Shown here piece after piece: positions 39,760 through 43,608 of a stretch of 43,608 bases of DNA; within the stretch, counting starts at the first letter, position 1; the number at the start of each line of letters is the position of its first letter. The notes beneath the pieces were generated by a model. That model did not search any database, had not been told where the DNA came from, and saw nothing but the letters and a program-made list of their open reading frames with translations. Source of the stretch: Gemmatimonadota bacterium (GTDB taxonomy: Bacteria > Gemmatimonadota > Gemmatimonadetes > Gemmatimonadales > Gemmatimonadaceae); NCBI GenBank assembly GCA_040389905.1, contig JAZJZK010000037.1:1-43608 (forward strand), read 5' to 3'. A program made the position numbers and the translations under genes.

Positions 39760-40582
39760 CACGCAGATGCCGCAGCCCGCCGCCCTCGACGTGCTCGTGG
39801 TCGATGACGAGCCGCTCAACCGCCTGCGCATCCAGGACCTTCTCCAGAAGGAGCAAGGGATTGGCTCCGTGCGCATCGCCGCCGACGGGATCTCTGCCAT
39901 CGAACAGATTCGCGCGCGTCGTCCCGACCTCGTGTTTCTGGACGTGCAGATGCCGGGGAAGAGTGGGCTCGACGTCGTGCGCGAGATCGGTGCCGATGAC
40001 ATGCCGCTGACGATCTTCGTCACGGCATACGACCAGTACGCGGTCGAAGCCTTTGCGGTGGCCGCCGTGGACTATCTCGTCAAGCCATTCGACGACGAGC
40101 GTTTCGAAGAGGCGTTGCGACGCGTCCGGCGTGCGATTGCCGCAGACGACATGGGCAAACTGCGGCAGCATCTGCTCGCCGTCCTTCAGCACACGGCACC
40201 GCCCCCAGAGCCGAGCACGCCAAAGGAGGAGGCCCCAGCCTCCAGGTACATCGAGCGCTTCGCGGTGGAGGTGCGTGGTGCGGTGCGGCCCGTGCTTGCC
40301 AAGCACGTCGACTACATCACGTCGGATGGTCCGTACGCGGAACTCCACGTTGCCGGGCGGACCTCGGTCATCCGCGAAACGATGCAGTCGCTCGAAGAAC
40401 GACTCGACCCGACGCAGTTCATGCGTGTGCACCGGTCGATCATCGTGCGGCTCGAGTTGGTCGAAGCGCTCGAGCGCGAAGCCGGCGGCGATGGCGTCCT
40501 GATTCTGAAAGGGGGCGTTCGGCTACGCGTCAGCCGCACTCGGCGCGAAGCACTCGAGCGGTGGTTGGGGCTTATAGCCTGA
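39752..40582 (+). CDS. LytTR-family response regulator
   Basis: VVDDE, VFLDVQMP, TAYDQYA, DYLVKP; C-terminal FMRVHRS..VSR. Confidence 0.95.
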   Translation: MPDTQMPQPAALDVLVVDDEPLNRLRIQDLLQKEQGIGSVRIAADGISAIEQIRARRPDLVFLDVQMPGKSGLDVVREIGADDMPLTIFVTAYDQYAVEAFAVAAVDYLVKPFDDERFEEALRRVRRAIAADDMGKLRQHLLAVLQHTAPPPEPSTPKEEAPASRYIERFAVEVRGAVRPVLAKHVDYITSDGPYAELHVAGRTSVIRETMQSLEERLDPTQFMRVHRSIIVRLELVEALEREAGGDGVLILKGGVRLRVSRTRREALERWLGLIA

Positions 40583-40694
40583 ACCTTGCTTAAGCCGTTT
40601 GGCAATAGATGCACTGCTCACCAGAGCTTCGCTGCAGGTGCTTAGTGATCAGCCACAGCTTGCAGCGCGTCAGGGGGTCTTCCCTGTCCGCTAC

Positions 40695-42161
40695 CTACCG
40701 GAACTCCAGCGCCGGATCGGCCACGCGACCCCAGCGCAAGCCCGCCAGGTCCTTCATGTAGTTCTGGTGCAGCTTCCACGGCACGCGCGAACCTTGTTTC
40801 GGCAGCGTCGCGAGCGCACGCTGCACATAGCCCGATGTAAAGTCGAGGATCGGCTCCTCCGTCACCGACGCGTCGCGCCGAGGGGTGACCTGGGCGTAGC
40901 CGCGCGACTTCATGTGGTTCAGCAAACGACACACGTGCTGCGCCACGAGATCGCATTTGAGCGTCCACGACGCATTCGTGTACCCGAGTGCCGCGGCGAG
41001 ATTCGGGACGTCGGACAGCATCATCCCCTTGTAGGACATCGCGCGCGACAAGTCGACCACCTGTCCGTCGACCACGAGCGTCACGCCCGCAAACAGCGTC
41101 AGGACGAGGCCCGTCGCCGTTACGACGAGATCTGCGTCGAGATGCTCGCCGGACCGCAGCATTATGCCCGTCTCGTCGAACGACTCGATGGTGTCCGTCG
41201 CCACCGACGCGCGCCCCGAGCGGATTGCCTTGAAGAGATCACCATCGGGGACGATGCAGAGCCGCTGGTCCCACGGTTCATAGCTTGGCGTAAAGTGCTT
41301 CTTGACGTCGTAGTCAGGCCCCAGCGCGTGCCGGAGTCCCTTGCGCAGTCCACCCTTGAAGGCCGGACCGCGGCGACGGGCCAAGGTGTAATAGAACATG
41401 CTCCGCAACACATTCTTCCAGCGCGCCACAACGTACGCGAGCCCGTCCGGCAGCACGCGCCGCAAGGTGTTCGCGATCGAATCCTCTGTCGGCTGCGCGG
41501 CGATGTACGTCGGAGACCGCTGCAGCATCGTCACGTGCGCCGCCGCATCCGCCCCGGTGGCCATCGCTGGCACCAGGGTGACCGCCGTGGCACCGCTACC
41601 GATCACCACGACCCGCTTGCCAGAATAGTCGAGGCCCTCTGGCCAGTGTTGCGGGTGAACGATGCGACCACCGAAGCGGTCAGTGCCGGCCCACTCAGGA
41701 GTGTATCCTGCCGTGTAGTCGTAGTAACCGGTGCACGAATAGAGGAATCCGCACGTCATGCGCGTGAGGGCCTGCTCGGCCCCGACCGCGACATCCACCG
41801 TCCATCGCGCGTCGGCCGACGACCACTCCGCACGCACGACGCGATGGTGGTAGCGGATCTTCTTGTCGATCCCGTTCTCGCGCGCGGTATCCTCGATGTA
41901 CGCCCTGATCGCCGGCCCGTCGGCGATCGCCTTGGCGTCGCGCCACGGACGAAAGCGATAGCCCAGCGTGTACATGTCCGAATCCGAACGGACGCCCGGG
42001 TAGCGGAAGAGGTCCCACGTTCCACCGAGACGCCCACGTCCCTCGAGTATCGCGAAGGTACGATCGGGGCACATCGTCTGGAGGTGCCACGCAGCGCCGA
42101 CGCCGGACAGCCCCGCGCCGACGACGAGCACGTCAAAGTGTTCTGTCTGGTTGGATATCAC
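40695..42161 (-). CDS. Flavin-containing (Baeyer-Villiger, EthA-like) monooxygenase
   Basis: VVGAGLSG, GGTWDLFRYPGVRSDSD, FGGRIVHPQHW, VIGSGATA, GYTNASWTL. Start approximate. Confidence 0.92.
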   Translation of the reverse strand: MISNQTEHFDVLVVGAGLSGVGAAWHLQTMCPDRTFAILEGRGRLGGTWDLFRYPGVRSDSDMYTLGYRFRPWRDAKAIADGPAIRAYIEDTARENGIDKKIRYHHRVVRAEWSSADARWTVDVAVGAEQALTRMTCGFLYSCTGYYDYTAGYTPEWAGTDRFGGRIVHPQHWPEGLDYSGKRVVVIGSGATAVTLVPAMATGADAAAHVTMLQRSPTYIAAQPTEDSIANTLRRVLPDGLAYVVARWKNVLRSMFYYTLARRRGPAFKGGLRKGLRHALGPDYDVKKHFTPSYEPWDQRLCIVPDGDLFKAIRSGRASVATDTIESFDETGIMLRSGEHLDADLVVTATGLVLTLFAGVTLVVDGQVVDLSRAMSYKGMMLSDVPNLAAALGYTNASWTLKCDLVAQHVCRLLNHMKSRGYAQVTPRRDASVTEEPILDFTSGYVQRALATLPKQGSRVPWKLHQNYMKDLAGLRWGRVADPALEFR

Positions 42162-42270
42162 GCTGTCATTGATACTCGCGCCGCGTCTCGCGCGAAAGGA
42201 TCTCGTGACAACCGCACGTGAAGCGGTATGTTGGGCAGTACGGATTTCCTTTCTCCTGCTCCCAGCGTCC

Positions 42271-43302
42271 ATGCGCGAACCGACCTCGCCAGACACGTCC
42301 CGCCGGCAATTCCTCGCCGCGTCCGCCGCCGCACTCGGCGCTGCCACGCTGCCCACCGCGCTCCTCGCGGAAGAAGCCGCGAGCACGCGCGCAATCGCAC
42401 CGACGAGCGCAGCGGCGCCGAGAAACCCCTTCGTTTACAAGTTCGCAATCGGCGAGGTCGAGGCGTGGTCCATCAGCGACGGCAACATGTCCTTGCCGGA
42501 CGGCCTCAAGTTGATGTGGCCAGATGGCGACCGTGAGGCCATGAAGGATGACATGGTCGCCCATGGCGAACGCACCGACCTGCTGCCGCTGTACGTCAAC
42601 ATTCTCCTGATCAAGAAGGGGAACGAGATCGCCATTTTCGACGGTGGTTTCGGCCCGGGCCGCAATCCGAACAGCGGATGGGTGGGCGAGTCGCTGACGC
42701 AAATCGGTATTGCGCCGGAGTCCGTCACGCATGCCTTCCTCAGCCACGCGCACAGCGATCACATCGGGGGATTCGTCGCAGCGAACAAGATGATTTTTCC
42801 AAACGCGGCGCTGCACTGCACGAAAGCCGAACTGGATTTCTGGCGCTCACCGGAGCCCGATTTCTCGCGGTCGAAGCGCGCCAAGGGCCCACTACCGGGC
42901 ATGATCAGGGATGCGCGGAACAAGTTCGACGTCCTCCAGCCGAATCTCCAGATCATCAAGCACGGCGACGCCGTACTCGGCGGCTCAGTCGAGGTGGTCT
43001 CAGGGCCCGGCCATACGACCGGTCACGCGCTCTTCCGCGTGCGCTCGGGAAAGGAATCGCTGATGCACTTCATGGACGTCGCGCATCACCACACGCTGAT
43101 GTTCCGGAACCCGGGTTGGGGCATCGAGTTCGATCATGAGCCTGAGCAGGCGATCGACACGCGGAAGAAACTGTTCGCCGAGCTCGCCCACACGCACGAG
43201 CGCTCGTATGGCTTTCACTTGCCCTGGCCTGCGATCGGCCGAGTCGCCAAGGCGGGCGACGGCTATGTGTGGGAAGGTGAACGGTGGAGCTGGGGGATCT
43301 AG
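42271..43302 (+). CDS. Tat-exported metallo-beta-lactamase-fold hydrolase
   Basis: SRRQFL signal; HAHSDHIGG, PGHTTGH, MDVAHH, FHLPWP. Confidence 0.92.
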   Translation: MREPTSPDTSRRQFLAASAAALGAATLPTALLAEEAASTRAIAPTSAAAPRNPFVYKFAIGEVEAWSISDGNMSLPDGLKLMWPDGDREAMKDDMVAHGERTDLLPLYVNILLIKKGNEIAIFDGGFGPGRNPNSGWVGESLTQIGIAPESVTHAFLSHAHSDHIGGFVAANKMIFPNAALHCTKAELDFWRSPEPDFSRSKRAKGPLPGMIRDARNKFDVLQPNLQIIKHGDAVLGGSVEVVSGPGHTTGHALFRVRSGKESLMHFMDVAHHHTLMFRNPGWGIEFDHEPEQAIDTRKKLFAELAHTHERSYGFHLPWPAIGRVAKAGDGYVWEGERWSWGI

Positions 43303-43384
43303 AATCAATGCCGTTCAGTTAAGGTAAGAATTTGCCGACACGGTGCTGCTTTCGATCGCCGGTAGGCGAACAGCAAAGCAATGG

Positions 43385-43528
43385 TTACCGCAGAGGACGC
43401 GGAGGCTCTGCCCGCCGGGCACTCATCAATGCGCCGGACCGCAGAGGAGCGCAGAGGACTTCGGAACCGAGTTTTAGGGGGTGCGGGTTCTCTCGTAGTC
43501 CTCTGCGACCCTCTGCGGACCGGCGCAT
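43385..43528. repeat. CGCAGAGG-type palindromic repeat
   Basis: TTACCGCAGAGGACGCGGAGG (43385-43405) is identical to 33022-33042; inverted arms at 43429-43460 and 43497-43528. Confidence 0.75.
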
Positions 43529-43608
43529 CGGATGTTGGTCATGGTGCGCATCGCCTCTGGTCGCGGTAGGAATGCCGGTCGCCCGACACCCCCCGCACGG
43601 ATCCGTGC

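Noticed and set aside
40599..42221. 540-aa plus-strand ORF
   Set aside because: Antisense shadow of the monooxygenase gene.
42271..43302. Beta-lactamase resistance gene
   Set aside because: HxHxDH..H..D..H pattern and Tat signal fit general lactonase/phosphotriesterase-like MBL-fold hydrolases.

Overview
High-GC bacterial DNA; the gene content is reminiscent of Gemmatimonadota, but that is inference only. (1) 1-~5440 is the right end of a decayed integrative element: a lower-GC S1 serine protease gene, a VirD4/TraD-like ATPase cut off by a complete IS21 (1890-4316, no target duplication), an XRE regulator, and a boundary at a truncated M20 amidohydrolase gene. (2) 5.9-13.3 kb holds assorted genes: GT4 glycosyltransferase, lipoprotein, M19 dipeptidase, receiver protein, orphan encapsulin-type ferritin, Tat DsrE-like protein, blaI-like pseudogene with its operator array, YncE propeller and TauE. 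(3) 13350-24644 (minus strand) is the most interesting part, a tightly coupled 8-gene lipid-biosynthesis operon: desaturase, CDP-archaeol-synthase-like enzyme, rifampin-phosphotransferase-like dikinase, UbiA-like protein, methyltransferase, acyltransferase, FAAL and an ACP-reductase-kinase fusion. It is a candidate undescribed alkyl-phosphate/ether lipid pathway. (4) The leuACDB and ilvDBNC operons converge, each with a leader-peptide attenuator, and are separated by a repeat-bounded 3-kb accessory block. (5) The window ends with LytS/LytTR, a flavin monooxygenase and a Tat metallo-beta-lactamase-fold hydrolase. A REP-like palindromic repeat family occurs throughout and has been absorbed in frame into three protein-coding genes. 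No rRNA, tRNA or CRISPR array was seen.
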